Shown: positions 25,122 through 35,585 of the stretch, piece by piece
Numbering within the stretch: position 1 is the stretch's first letter
Layout: every line of letters begins with the position of its first letter
Source: an uncultured Acidobacteriaceae bacterium
GTDB lineage: Bacteria; Acidobacteriota; Terriglobia; Terriglobales; Acidobacteriaceae
Assembly (NCBI GenBank): GCA_963775845.1
Contig: CAVZKN010000004.1
Location: forward strand, 216,865 to 280,864
Reading direction: 5' to 3'
Length of the DNA stretch: 64,000 nt
The notes under the pieces: generated by a model
Told to the model about the DNA's origin: nothing
What the model saw: only the letters and a program-made list of their open reading frames with translations
The model's database searches: none
Made by a program: the position numbers and the translations under genes

Positions 25122-28100
25122 ATGAACAAGAGTCCAAAAAATCCGAGCGGCCCTCCATCCGCCCAGGGCCTGTATCATCCCGCGCAAGAGCATGATGCCT
25201 GCGGGATCGGATTTGTCGCGAGCGTTCGCGGCCACAAAAGCCACGAAATTGTAGAGAAGGGCATTCAGGTGCTGCTCAACCTGGCGCATCGCGGCGCTTG
25301 CGGCTGCGATTCCGAGACCGGAGATGGCGCTGGAATTCTGCTGCAGGTCCCACACCAGTTCTTTGCCCGCGAGTGCGGCAAACTCGGGTTCGAGTTGCCT
25401 CAGTCCGGCGCTTATGGCGTCGGCATGACCTTCCTGCCGGTGGAGAAACATCCTCGCCTGCAGTGCGAAGGAGTTCTCGAGCGCATTGTGCGCGAGGAAG
25501 GGTTGACGGTCCTCGGTTGGCGTGACACGCCTTGCTACGCTGAGGCGATTGGCCGCGTGGCGCGTGGTTCACAACCGTATATCCAGCAGATTTTTGTAGG
25601 ATGCGGCGAGTTCAGAGATGAGGACGCGTTTGAGCGGAAGCTTTATGTTGTTCGGAAACGGGTGGAGAGTGAGATTGCCGCGTCTGGCATCGAGGATGCA
25701 AACGTCTTCCACATCCCGTCGCTGTCTTGCCGGACGATTGTCTACAAGGGCCTGTTGCTGGCCCCGCAGATCACGAAGTTCTATCGCGAACTGTCCGATC
25801 CCGACGTGACCAGCGCGTTGTGCCTGGTGCATCAGCGTTTTTCTACGAATACATTTCCAAGTTGGCAGCGGGCACATCCTTACCGCTACATTGCGCACAA
25901 TGGCGAGATCAACACGCTCAAGGGGAATGTCAACTGGATGCACGCGCGGCAATCGCTGCTGCAGTCTCCATTATTTGGCGATGACATCAAAAAGCTATTT
26001 CCCATCATTACGCCGGATGGCAGCGATTCGGCAAATTTTGACAATGCGGTCGAACTGCTCTTGCAGGCGGGCCGCAGCCTTCCGCATGCGATGGCCATGC
26101 TGATTCCGGAAGCGTGGGCTGGAAACCCACACATGAAGCCCGAGAAGCGCGCTTTCTACGAGTACCACGCCTGCCTGATGGAGCCCTGGGATGGGCCTGC
26201 GGCGATTGCATTCACCGATGGGCGATCCATCGGAGCCATCCTCGACCGCAACGGCTTGCGGCCCGGACGCTACGTGGTGACGCATGACGACCACGTCATC
26301 ATGGCCTCCGAAGCCGGAGTGCTCGACATTGAACCCCAGCAGGTGAAGATGAAGGGCCGCCTGCAGCCGGGAAAGATGTTCCTGGTGGACACGATCGAAG
26401 GCCGCATCGTTCCTGACAAGGAAATCAAAGAGCGGCTGGCCTCGCGTCAGCCCTATGCGCAATGGCTGAAAGATAATCAGATTACGATCGATCAGTTGCC
26501 TGCTCCCACGCGCATGCACCATCCGGATGCCGAAACGTTACTGAGACGGCAGCGTGCCTTCGGCTACAGCGATGAAGACCTGCGCATGATTCTTGGTCCG
26601 ATGGCCTCGAAGGGCGAAGAGCCGGTTGGTTCGATGGGCACGGATACCCCGCTCGCTTGCCTTTCCGATAAGCCGCAATCGCTCTTCAACTATTTCAAGC
26701 AGCTCTTCGCACAGGTGACGAATCCTCCGATTGACCCAATTCGCGAAGAGATTGTGATGTCGCTCATCAGCTATATCGGAAGCGAGCGCAACATTCTGAC
26801 GGAAGAGCCAGTGAATTGTCACATGCTCAAGCTGGCGCATCCACTGCTAACCAATATCGAATTAGAGAAGCTGCGCCGCGTGTCGACCGGCGATCTGTTG
26901 GCCATTACTCTGCCGGCGCTGTTTCGGGTCAAAGACGGAGAAGACGGACTGAAGCGCGCGCTTGAAGAGTTGTGCCAGCGCGCATCCCTTGCCGGCAAAG
27001 CTGGCTACACGCTGCTCATTCTTTCCGATCGCGGAGTGAATAAGGATTATGCGCCGATCCCGAGCCTCCTGGCGTTGGCCGCGGTCCATAACTTGCTGGT
27101 GCAGGAGGAGACACGGACGCAGGTCGCTCTGATTACGGAATCGGGCGAGCCGCGCGAGGTGATGCACTTTGCCCTGCTCAGCGGGTATGGGGCGAGCGCC
27201 ATCAATCCTTATCTGGCGTTGGAGAGTGTTGAGAGTCTGGCGCGGCACGGTCAGTTGGCGGAGGGCGTGACTCCCGAACTGGCGGCGAAGCACTTCATCA
27301 AAGCGGTAAATAAAGGTTTGTTGAAGACCTTCTCCAAAATGGGCATTTCCACCTTGCAGAGCTATCAGGGAGCGCAGGTTTTCGAAGCCATCGGGCTGAA
27401 CGAGGAATTGGTTGACGCCTATTTCTCGGGCACGGCCTCGCGACTGGAGGGCATCGGCCTGTACGTGGTCGCGCGCGAGGCGCAGTTGAAACATGAACAT
27501 GCTTTCCGTCCGCTGTCGGAGTCGGAGACTGAGCTAGCGGTCGGAGGGACTTATCATCAGCGAGTTAACGGCGAATATCATCTGCTAAATCCGCTGACCA
27601 TCAGCAAACTGCAGCAGGCAGTACGGCAGGAGAGCTTTCAGACTTTTCAGGAATATACCGATCTTATCGACAAACAGAGCAGCAATATGGCAACGCTCCG
27701 CAGTCTGATGAAATTCCGCAAGAGCGCCAAGCCTGTTCCGATCGAAGAAGTCGAGCCTGCTAAAGAGATTGTGAGGCGCTTCACCACAGGTGCAATGTCA
27801 TTCGGTTCGATCAGCAAAGAAGCGCACGAAACTCTGGCGATTGCCATGAACCGCATCGGCGGCAAGTCGAATACCGGAGAAGGCGGCGAAGACGAGGAGC
27901 GCTTTAAGCCGGACGAGAACGGTGATCTGCGGCGGAGCGCGGTGAAGCAGGTTGCGTCCGCCCGCTTTGGAGTTACGGCTAACTATCTCGTCAATGCCGA
28001 CGAACTACAGATCAAGATGGCGCAGGGCGCGAAACCCGGCGAGGGCGGCCAACTTCCGGGGCATAAGGTCGATGAGGTCATTGCGCGTCTGCGGCATTCG

Positions 28101-29759
28101 ATCCCCGGAGTCGGATTGATTTCTCCACCTCCGCATCATGACATTTATTCGATCGAGGATCTGGCGCAGCTGATTTATGACCTGAAGAATGTGAACCCGC
28201 AAGCCCGCATCGCCGTGAAGCTAGTTGCCGAAGTCGGAGTGGGCACGGTGGCCGCTGGAGTTGCCAAGGCCCATGCCGATGTCGTCCTGATCAGCGGCGA
28301 CAGCGGAGGTACGGGCGCATCGCCCCTGAGTTCGATCAAGCACGCCGGCATTCCCTGGGAACTGGGGTTGGCCGAGACGCAGCAGGTACTTCTGTTGAAT
28401 GATCTGCGCAGCCGCATTCGCGTGCAGACCGACGGCAAGCTACAGACCGGGCGCGATGTCGTGATCGCTGCTCTCCTCGGTGCTGAAGAATTCGGATTCG
28501 CCACCACGCCGCTGATTGCCATGGGATGCGTCATGATGCGCAAATGTCATCTCAACACTTGCTCGGTGGGCATCGCCACGCAGGATCCCGTGCTGCGCAA
28601 GCGCTTTCAAGGCCAGCCCGAACACGTCATTAACTTCTTTTTCTTCCTGGCACAGCAGGTGCGGCAGTATATGTCGGAGTTGGGCTTCCGCCGCATGGAC
28701 GACATGATCGGCCGCGTTGACATGCTTGACGTTGAGCCCGCCGTAAATCACTGGAAGGCGAGCGGCCTCGACCTATCCGCTATTCTCCATGTTCCTGACG
28801 TTCCATCGCGCGTGGCCCGACGTTGTATTCACGCTCAGGATCACGGCCTGGAGCAGGCGCTTGATCATCAACTGCTGGTGAAATCGCTCTCCGCGATCGA
28901 AAACATTACGCCGATCGTGTTTAGGATGCCGGTGCGCAACGTGCATCGCTCGGTGGGAACCATGCTGAGCGGAGAGATCGCCCGCCGCCACGGTTCCGCT
29001 GGCCTGCCCGACGATACGATCCGCATTCATCTTGACGGCTCAGCCGGGCAGAGCATGGGTGCGTTTCTCGCCAAAGGAGTTACTCTTACCCTCGAAGGCG
29101 ATGCCAACGATTACGTGGGCAAGGGGCTGTCTGGCGGACGTCTGGTTGCCTATCCCCCGCGACGTTCGAGATTCGCTCCCGAAAAAAATATTCTGATCGG
29201 CAATGTGGCGCTTTACGGCGCAACCAGCGGCGAAGCGTTCTTCAACGGAGTCGCCGGCGAACGCTTTGCCGTTCGCAACTCGGGAGCGACCGCCGTCGTC
29301 GAGGGAGTCGGCGATCACGGCTGCGAATACATGACAAAGGGCGTGGTGTTGGTGCTCGGAGCCTGCGGCAGAAACTTTGCCGCCGGCATGAGCGGAGGCG
29401 TCGCCTATGTTTTCGATGAGCGCGGCGATTTCACCGAAAAACGCTGCAACCTCGACTCGGTCGACCTCGAGCCACTTGTCGAAGCGGGAGTTTTCGAATC
29501 GGAAGAAGCATCCGTGGTCAAGGCTCGCCATGTCGAAGCTAAGCTGGTCAAAGATCTGGTGAGGCGTCACCTGTCGTTAACTGGCAGCCCGCGTGCCACC
29601 TGGATTCTCGACAACTGGTCTGAGGCTCTGTCGCGCTTTATCAAAGTTTTCCCGCACGAGCACAAGCGAGTGCTTGGAGTGCGCCGCCGCCGCCAACCTT
29701 ATATTCCCAGTCCGCCGCTAGCCGTTTCGGTCACGCCCGAGCAGGTGCAACATGGGTAA
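25122..29759 (+). CDS. gltB: Glutamate synthase large subunit
   Basis: The 1545-aa ORF has the amidotransferase Cys at CGIGFVA after a short propeptide, then FMN/Fe-S central domains and a C-terminal GXGXG-type domain. Confidence 0.95.
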   Translation: MNKSPKNPSGPPSAQGLYHPAQEHDACGIGFVASVRGHKSHEIVEKGIQVLLNLAHRGACGCDSETGDGAGILLQVPHQFFARECGKLGFELPQSGAYGVGMTFLPVEKHPRLQCEGVLERIVREEGLTVLGWRDTPCYAEAIGRVARGSQPYIQQIFVGCGEFRDEDAFERKLYVVRKRVESEIAASGIEDANVFHIPSLSCRTIVYKGLLLAPQITKFYRELSDPDVTSALCLVHQRFSTNTFPSWQRAHPYRYIAHNGEINTLKGNVNWMHARQSLLQSPLFGDDIKKLFPIITPDGSDSANFDNAVELLLQAGRSLPHAMAMLIPEAWAGNPHMKPEKRAFYEYHACLMEPWDGPAAIAFTDGRSIGAILDRNGLRPGRYVVTHDDHVIMASEAGVLDIEPQQVKMKGRLQPGKMFLVDTIEGRIVPDKEIKERLASRQPYAQWLKDNQITIDQLPAPTRMHHPDAETLLRRQRAFGYSDEDLRMILGPMASKGEEPVGSMGTDTPLACLSDKPQSLFNYFKQLFAQVTNPPIDPIREEIVMSLISYIGSERNILTEEPVNCHMLKLAHPLLTNIELEKLRRVSTGDLLAITLPALFRVKDGEDGLKRALEELCQRASLAGKAGYTLLILSDRGVNKDYAPIPSLLALAAVHNLLVQEETRTQVALITESGEPREVMHFALLSGYGASAINPYLALESVESLARHGQLAEGVTPELAAKHFIKAVNKGLLKTFSKMGISTLQSYQGAQVFEAIGLNEELVDAYFSGTASRLEGIGLYVVAREAQLKHEHAFRPLSESETELAVGGTYHQRVNGEYHLLNPLTISKLQQAVRQESFQTFQEYTDLIDKQSSNMATLRSLMKFRKSAKPVPIEEVEPAKEIVRRFTTGAMSFGSISKEAHETLAIAMNRIGGKSNTGEGGEDEERFKPDENGDLRRSAVKQVASARFGVTANYLVNADELQIKMAQGAKPGEGGQLPGHKVDEVIARLRHSIPGVGLISPPPHHDIYSIEDLAQLIYDLKNVNPQARIAVKLVAEVGVGTVAAGVAKAHADVVLISGDSGGTGASPLSSIKHAGIPWELGLAETQQVLLLNDLRSRIRVQTDGKLQTGRDVVIAALLGAEEFGFATTPLIAMGCVMMRKCHLNTCSVGIATQDPVLRKRFQGQPEHVINFFFFLAQQVRQYMSELGFRRMDDMIGRVDMLDVEPAVNHWKASGLDLSAILHVPDVPSRVARRCIHAQDHGLEQALDHQLLVKSLSAIENITPIVFRMPVRNVHRSVGTMLSGEIARRHGSAGLPDDTIRIHLDGSAGQSMGAFLAKGVTLTLEGDANDYVGKGLSGGRLVAYPPRRSRFAPEKNILIGNVALYGATSGEAFFNGVAGERFAVRNSGATAVVEGVGDHGCEYMTKGVVLVLGACGRNFAAGMSGGVAYVFDERGDFTEKRCNLDSVDLEPLVEAGVFESEEASVVKARHVEAKLVKDLVRRHLSLTGSPRATWILDNWSEALSRFIKVFPHEHKRVLGVRRRRQPYIPSPPLAVSVTPEQVQHG

Positions 29760-31218
29760 GGACACGGGATTTTTGGAATTCGGCCGTGAGCTTGCTCCGC
29801 GGCGTCCGGTCATACAGCGCGTCAATGACTGGTTCGAAATCTACCTCGATTTTCCTGAAGACAAGCTTCGCACCCAGGGCGCACGCTGCATGGATTGCGG
29901 TGTGCCTTTTTGCCAGACGGGGTGTCCGGTCAACAATCTGATCCCCGATTGGAACGATCTGATCTTTCGCGGACGCTGGAAGGAAGCGGTTCGCCAGTTG
30001 CATGCGACCAATAACTTTCCCGAGTTCACTGGCCGAATCTGTCCCGCGCCTTGCGAAGCGTCTTGCGTGCTGGCGATCAATCAGCCGGCGGTGACCATCA
30101 AGCAAATTGAAAAGAATATTGTAGAGCGCGGATTTCAGGAAGGCTGGATACATCCCGAGCCACCGAAGTTCCACAGCGGCAAGAAAGTTGCGATCGTCGG
30201 CTCAGGGCCGGCAGGATTGGCCGCTGCGCAGCAATTGTGTCGCGCGGGACACACGGTCGTGGTCTACGAAAAATCAGACCGCATTGGCGGTTTGCTGGTT
30301 TATGGCATCCCGCAGTTCAAATTAGAAAAACACATCGTCGATCGCCGCATTGCGCAAATGTCGGCTGAAGGGGTGAAATTTGTGACCAGCGCGGAAGTCG
30401 GAAAGAATATTGCGGTCGCGGATCTGCGAAACGAGTTTGACGCGATTGTGCTCGCCGGAGGAGCCGAGCATCCGCGCGATCTTAATGTCCCGGGACGCGA
30501 GTTGAAGGGAATTCATTTCGCGATGGACTTCCTGCCGCAGCAGAACCGGCGCAATCTTGGCGACGTTATCCCTCCGGAAGAAGAAATTTTGGCAACCGGC
30601 AAACACGTGGTCATCATCGGAGGCGGCGACACAGGCGCGGATTGTCTCGGCACCTGCCATCGGCAAAAGCCGCTCTCCGTGCATCAATTCGAGATCATGC
30701 CGAAGCCTCCCGATGAGCGCTCGCCTGCAACGCCCTGGCCGTTATGGCCGATGCAACTGCGTACCGAGGGCGCGCACGAAGAAGGCGGCATCCGCGATTG
30801 GAGCATTGCGACAACCAAATTTACTGGTACAAAATCAGGGCATGTTCAGCAATTGCACGCTGTGCGCGTTGGACCGCCGCCGGATTTCAAGCCCGTTCCG
30901 GGCACTGAATTCACCCTGGATGCGGACCTTGTTTTGATTGCGATGGGCTTTTTGGGCCCGGTCCGTAATGGAATGATCGAACAGCTCGGAGTGAAGCTCG
31001 ACCAGCGCGGCAACGTTGCCACCGGCCCGAACTGCATGTCATCGATATCCGGAGTTTTTGTAGCGGGAGATATGCGTCGCGGCCAATCGTTAGTTGTGTG
31101 GGCCATTGCCGAAGGTCGCAAGGCGGCCGCGAGCGTAGATGCTTACCTAAAAGCGAAAGCCATATCTTTGATCGCTCCAACCGTTCCCACGAGAAAATCG
31201 CTCGTTTCCAGTCACTAG
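29752..31218 (+). CDS. gltD: Glutamate synthase small (NADPH) subunit
   Basis: [14 protein letters not shown] Fe-S motif, [14 protein letters not shown] dinucleotide fold, and an 8-nt overlap with gltB (ATGGGTAA). Confidence 0.95.
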   Translation: MGKDTGFLEFGRELAPRRPVIQRVNDWFEIYLDFPEDKLRTQGARCMDCGVPFCQTGCPVNNLIPDWNDLIFRGRWKEAVRQLHATNNFPEFTGRICPAPCEASCVLAINQPAVTIKQIEKNIVERGFQEGWIHPEPPKFHSGKKVAIVGSGPAGLAAAQQLCRAGHTVVVYEKSDRIGGLLVYGIPQFKLEKHIVDRRIAQMSAEGVKFVTSAEVGKNIAVADLRNEFDAIVLAGGAEHPRDLNVPGRELKGIHFAMDFLPQQNRRNLGDVIPPEEEILATGKHVVIIGGGDTGADCLGTCHRQKPLSVHQFEIMPKPPDERSPATPWPLWPMQLRTEGAHEEGGIRDWSIATTKFTGTKSGHVQQLHAVRVGPPPDFKPVPGTEFTLDADLVLIAMGFLGPVRNGMIEQLGVKLDQRGNVATGPNCMSSISGVFVAGDMRRGQSLVVWAIAEGRKAAASVDAYLKAKAISLIAPTVPTRKSLVSSH

Positions 31219-31277
31219 AACTGTCAGGAGTATGCCGCCCCGCGGAGCCAGCGACAATTTCGCAGGAGAGTGCCATC

Positions 31278-32417
31278 TTAACGAATTCGAATGGCGCTAA
31301 GCGAGCGAGTCAAAACCACACCGTTGCCGTCAAGAACCGAGACATCTGCCTGCACGTGGGAGTTGCCTCTGCAGGCCTCAGGCTCAGGCACAAGAAAAGT
31401 GAGCAACGTTTGTGCCGATGTACAGCCAGTAAGTTGGCGTAGTTCGGTTGAGAAATTTGCTTTCGCTGAGTTGACATGCAACACGACTTCCACCGATCCG
31501 CTGAGATTTTCGCAGTGCAATGGGATCAGAACTTCCAATCCTCCCGGGCTGCCACGTTTGGCACTTGGAGCCCCGGCATACACCACGATTGGCGAATTGC
31601 CCCCGGGAGAGGAATTGCGCTCTGGCCAGAGGCGGTCGTATTCCTTGCCGGCGGCGGCAAAAAGCTTCTGCATTCTTTGCTCTCGCTCATACCACCCCGG
31701 ATGGGTCGGATCGAGAACGTTGCCATCCGCCTGCCCCGGTTGCGCTTCGATCAAGTGGTGTAGCGCGGGGATGAAGTCGGGGTCGTATCCCGCGCGCGTC
31801 ATCAGCATTAAGCCTTCGGCGTCGGCTTCGAGTTCCATGGTTTGACAGAAACTGGCAAGCCGGCTCGATGCGCCCTGGGAGTCAACCCAGGAACCAGAGA
31901 ACGCGCCCGCATCGCCAAGCATGATTTGGGAGGCTTCGGCTCTCTCCAGCGACTTCTGCAACAGGTAACGCCGGGCCCAGTCGCGGCGAATGACGTGCGA
32001 TATTTCATGCGAGAGAGCTGCCGCCCACAGCCCGGTCCTCGATCCGAGCAGGCGCGCTAGATCTTCGTCGACAAAAATGGTTCCGTCCGGAGAAGAGAAC
32101 ACATTTCCCGCACCCTTGGCGATACGCAGATCCCAGGAGAACTTTGCGCGCTCGGCGGGGACTTGCCGCAGCAACGTCTCCATGACTTGCACGGCGACCG
32201 GATACTGGCTGGTCGCCGGTATGGTATAGGGAAGCACCTGGGAGCGAACCCGCGCCGCGAAGCGGGCATCGGCAGTAAAAGCAGGGGGGATCTTCTCGGG
32301 AGGAGAAATTTCTTGCGCCGGGACGAGGTCTACCCAGAATGCGCACAACAGTGCGACAAAAACCAACCGCGGAACCTTGCAGCTCACTCCTGACATGCGC
32401 CACCCCCGAACCAGCAT
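31278..32417 (-). CDS. Secreted M48-family zinc metalloprotease
   Basis: HEISHV (HExxH) motif and a hydrophobic N-terminal signal. The start may be the internal MSGVSCK... Confidence 0.7.
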   Translation of the reverse strand: MLVRGWRMSGVSCKVPRLVFVALLCAFWVDLVPAQEISPPEKIPPAFTADARFAARVRSQVLPYTIPATSQYPVAVQVMETLLRQVPAERAKFSWDLRIAKGAGNVFSSPDGTIFVDEDLARLLGSRTGLWAAALSHEISHVIRRDWARRYLLQKSLERAEASQIMLGDAGAFSGSWVDSQGASSRLASFCQTMELEADAEGLMLMTRAGYDPDFIPALHHLIEAQPGQADGNVLDPTHPGWYEREQRMQKLFAAAGKEYDRLWPERNSSPGGNSPIVVYAGAPSAKRGSPGGLEVLIPLHCENLSGSVEVVLHVNSAKANFSTELRQLTGCTSAQTLLTFLVPEPEACRGNSHVQADVSVLDGNGVVLTRSLSAIRIR

Positions 32418-32579
32418 GCCTGCACTCCGGGTCCGCGAAAGTCAATCCGCAGCTCTACCCGGCCTGCAAGAAAAATATAGCACGAGCATTCGGGCAGGTC
32501 TGTGATCTGTAGCACTAGCTGATCGCCAGCAAAGCGCTTCCGGCCGCACTTTGCTCGGAGGTGTTAAATTAGAAGATTC

Positions 32580-33641
32580 ATGTCAGCCCCCAACTCTCTC
32601 TTTGTTCGCACGGCCAAGGCTCAGCCCGCGGAACGCACGCCCGTCTGGTTCATGCGCCAGGCAGGACGTTACATGGCGGAGTACCGCGCTATCCGCAAGC
32701 ATCATTCGTTGATTGAAATCTGCAAGAAGCCTGAAATCGCGGCCCAGGTCACGATCGAGGCGGCGGAGATTCTCAAGGTGGATGCGGCCATCATCTTTGC
32801 CGATCTGCTGCTGCCGCTCGAAGTCATGGGACTGCCCTTTCACTTTGCCGCCGGCGAGGGGCCGAAGATCGAAAGGCCGGTGCGGACTCCTGAAGATGTC
32901 GCGCAGTTGCGCACTGATCGTGCCGCCGATCTCGGCTACGTTTCCGAAGCGGTGACGCTGGTGTGTAAGCATTTCGGAGACAAGTTACCGGTGATCGGTT
33001 TTTGCGGGGCTCCGTTTACGCTCGCCAGTTACATGATCGAAGGTGGCGGGTCGCGCAACTACATCTTCACCAAAAAGATGATGTACTCGGCGCCTGCGGT
33101 GTGGAATGAGCTGATGAAGAAGTTGGTCGCAGTGACCGTCGAATATTCTTCCGAACAGGTACGCGCCGGCGCCGACACGATACAGATTTTCGACAGCTGG
33201 GTGGGCTGCCTGAGCGTCGAAGATTACCGCCGCTATGTTCTGCCGCACGTGAAGGATATGGTGAAGCGCCTGCAAAAGACCGGCGTGCCCGTCATTTATT
33301 TTGGCACCGATAGTTCCACGCTGCTGCCCTCGATGCAGGAGGCTGGCGCCGAAGTGGTGGGCCTCGATTGGCGCATCCCGCTCGATACGGGATGGAAGAG
33401 CCTAGGCTTTAAAGGCGCGGTGCAGGGCAATCTTGATCCGGTGCTGCTCTTCGCCGATTGGAAAGAATTGAAGTCGCGTGCCGAGGCGATTTTGAAGCAG
33501 GCTGGCGGGCGCCCGGGGCATATTTTCAATCTGGGTCACGGAATTCTGCCTGAAACGCCGGTTGAGAATGTGAAGGCGCTCTGCGATTTTGTCCGCGAAC
33601 ATTCGGCCGATGTTAAGACGGAGGTTAAGAACAAGCGTTGA
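32580..33641 (+). CDS. hemE: Uroporphyrinogen decarboxylase
   Basis: PVWFMRQAGRYMAEYR signature and a full-length 353-aa ORF. Confidence 0.92.
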   Translation: MSAPNSLFVRTAKAQPAERTPVWFMRQAGRYMAEYRAIRKHHSLIEICKKPEIAAQVTIEAAEILKVDAAIIFADLLLPLEVMGLPFHFAAGEGPKIERPVRTPEDVAQLRTDRAADLGYVSEAVTLVCKHFGDKLPVIGFCGAPFTLASYMIEGGGSRNYIFTKKMMYSAPAVWNELMKKLVAVTVEYSSEQVRAGADTIQIFDSWVGCLSVEDYRRYVLPHVKDMVKRLQKTGVPVIYFGTDSSTLLPSMQEAGAEVVGLDWRIPLDTGWKSLGFKGAVQGNLDPVLLFADWKELKSRAEAILKQAGGRPGHIFNLGHGILPETPVENVKALCDFVREHSADVKTEVKNKR

Positions 33642-33760
33642 TGATGCGCAGTTATGAAATCTCGTCTTTATATGAATTGTCATCCTGAGCGAAGCGAAGG
33701 ACCTGCTGTTCTGCGCGAAATGCAATTCTCTGGCTTTGGTCTCAGTAGTGGGAGCCGAAA

Positions 33761-34813
33761 ATGACGCCCTGCCCGCTGGGCCTCGCTGGCCAGTGTTATT
33801 GCGCGAATCAGGTAAGTTCATTTGCAGCTGAGAAACGGCCTGTTAAAACCGCCGTGCTCCTGCTCGCCCACGGCAGCCCCGAAAATCCCGACCAGATTCC
33901 CGAATTTCTTGGGTACGTCACCGGTGGACGCCCTTTACCGCCGACGGTCGTCGAAGAGATTCGCCATCGTTATTCCTTAATCGGTTTTTCGCCGCTTGCC
34001 TGCTGGACTCTGCTTCAAGCCGATCAGCTTTCCCTGTTATTGCAGCTGCCCGTCTTTGTCGGCATGCGCAACTGGAAGCCCTTCATCGCCGACGCTGTAA
34101 AAGCCATCGCCGTGCAAAAGTTCGAGCGCGTTATCGCCGTCTGCCTCGCGCCGCAAAATTCGCGCACCAGCGTAGGACTCTATCGCAGCGCCGTCACCGG
34201 AAACGACGCAACCGGAAACGCTGTGACCGGAAACGCCGCCCTGCCGTTCACTCTCGATTTCGTAGACGAGTGGCACGACCAGCCTCTCCTTGCCAAGGCC
34301 TTCGCCGAAAACCTGCGTGCCGGATGGACCAAAGCCAACGCCGAATACGGCGGCACTTTGTCCGACACTCTGTCCGGCACTCTGCCCATCATCTTCACCG
34401 CGCACAGCGTTCCCGCGCGCACCATCACCGAAGGCGATCCCTACGAAGCCCAGTCCAAAGAAACCGCGGCGCTGGTCGCGAAAGCCGCCGGACTCGGAGC
34501 CGGCCTCACTCAAGACGCCTGGACCTTCGCCTTCCAAAGCCAGGGCATGTCCGGAGGCCAGTGGATCGGGCCCACCGTAGAAGAGACAATTCTGAGCCTC
34601 AAAGCCAAAGGCCACCGCGGAGTGTTCATTCACCCCGTAGGCTTCCTCTGCGATCACGTAGAAGTGCTCTACGACATCGACATCTTCTTCAAACAATTCG
34701 CAGAAAAAGAAGGCATGCGCCTATGGCGAGCCGAATCGCTGAACGGGTCGAAAATGTTGACGGCGGCGCTGGCCGAACTCGTGCGAAGCCGTATTGGAGC
34801 GACTGGCGTTTAG
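33761..34813 (+). CDS. hemH: Ferrochelatase (proto- or coproporphyrin type)
   Basis: TAVLLLAHGSPENPDQIPEFL... and C-terminal GFLCDHVEVLYDID blocks. Contains two in-frame micro-repeats. Confidence 0.85.
   Translation: MTPCPLGLAGQCYCANQVSSFAAEKRPVKTAVLLLAHGSPENPDQIPEFLGYVTGGRPLPPTVVEEIRHRYSLIGFSPLACWTLLQADQLSLLLQLPVFVGMRNWKPFIADAVKAIAVQKFERVIAVCLAPQNSRTSVGLYRSAVTGNDATGNAVTGNAALPFTLDFVDEWHDQPLLAKAFAENLRAGWTKANAEYGGTLSDTLSGTLPIIFTAHSVPARTITEGDPYEAQSKETAALVAKAAGLGAGLTQDAWTFAFQSQGMSGGQWIGPTVEETILSLKAKGHRGVFIHPVGFLCDHVEVLYDIDIFFKQFAEKEGMRLWRAESLNGSKMLTAALAELVRSRIGATGV
34193..34237 (+). repeat. In-frame 15-nt tandem repeat x3 in hemH (VTGND-ATGNA-VTGNA)
   Basis: The three units are gtcaccggaaacgac, gcaaccggaaacgct and gtgaccggaaacgcc. 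Confidence 0.9.
34352..34387 (+). repeat. In-frame 12-nt tandem repeat in hemH (G-TLSD-TLSG-TLP)
   Basis: The DNA reads ggc actttgtccgac actctgtccggc actctgccc. Confidence 0.85.
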
Positions 34814-34927
34814 CGGCCGGGGCCGGAGACGAACGTTCGAGGTTGTTGGTGTTAAGCCCGATTCAACAACTATCGATCTATATCATCATGACGGCTGATG
34901 CGGCGAGATGCGCTGCTGGAGTGAGAG

Positions 34928-35431
34928 ATGCCGAAATCAAATAACCGAGTCGAAGCATTTGAGCTTGTGGATCGAGCCATTAGGCTTCAACTAGCCGATT
35001 CCGGTGACCTGTCCGAAGTGGAAGCGTGCCTGAGGAAAGCATTGGCCCTCGATCCTGGCAACATCGAAGCGCTGCAAGAAACTGCTCACTTCTACGATGC
35101 GGTCACGCCTAACGCAAAAAAAGCAAAGAAATATGCAGTCGATTGTCGGGGAAGGGCTGCCAGTGTCGCCTCCGAAATGGACGGTATTCTGGAAGGCGTC
35201 GCTTCAAAGGAGGTCGGCAGCGACGAGAAACGAACATCTGTGCAAGACCGCCCGCATTCCTACACCCGTTGGAAGGGCACGGCTCTTTGGAAGGCAGTTG
35301 AGAAAGGCATTGCAGATCTCGTTGAGAACCGAGACATTGTGGAAAAAACACCGCGAGCTTATATCGTCGGTTACATCTGCAAGGCCGTGAGTCGCGGGAA
35401 AGTCAAAATCGGCGCAGACTTAAAACGATAG
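34928..35431 (+). CDS. Hypothetical protein inserted between hemH and hemY
   Basis: A 167-aa ORF, lower in GC by eye than its neighbours, flanked by about 115-nt and 155-nt spacers. The N-terminus looks faintly TPR-like (ALALDPGNIEALQ). Confidence 0.45.
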   Translation: MPKSNNRVEAFELVDRAIRLQLADSGDLSEVEACLRKALALDPGNIEALQETAHFYDAVTPNAKKAKKYAVDCRGRAASVASEMDGILEGVASKEVGSDEKRTSVQDRPHSYTRWKGTALWKAVEKGIADLVENRDIVEKTPRAYIVGYICKAVSRGKVKIGADLKR

Positions 35432-35546
35432 TTGTTGTAAATCGCCGACATTGTTATGGAGTCATTACACTAATAACGCTCACGAGCGACTCGTATGTAG
35501 CGAGTTATAGTCGAGGCCATGGGCCGAAGCAAAAACTTGAAACTTA

Positions 35547-35581
35547 GAAGCGAATAGCGAAAGACGAACAGCGAGCAGCGA
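35547..35581 (+). repeat. Period-7 purine-rich array (nnAGCGA x5) abutting the hemY start codon
   Basis: The units are gaAGCGA, atAGCGA, aaGACGA, acAGCGA and gcAGCGA, followed by accc ATG. Confidence 0.9.
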
Positions 35582-35585
35582 ACCC

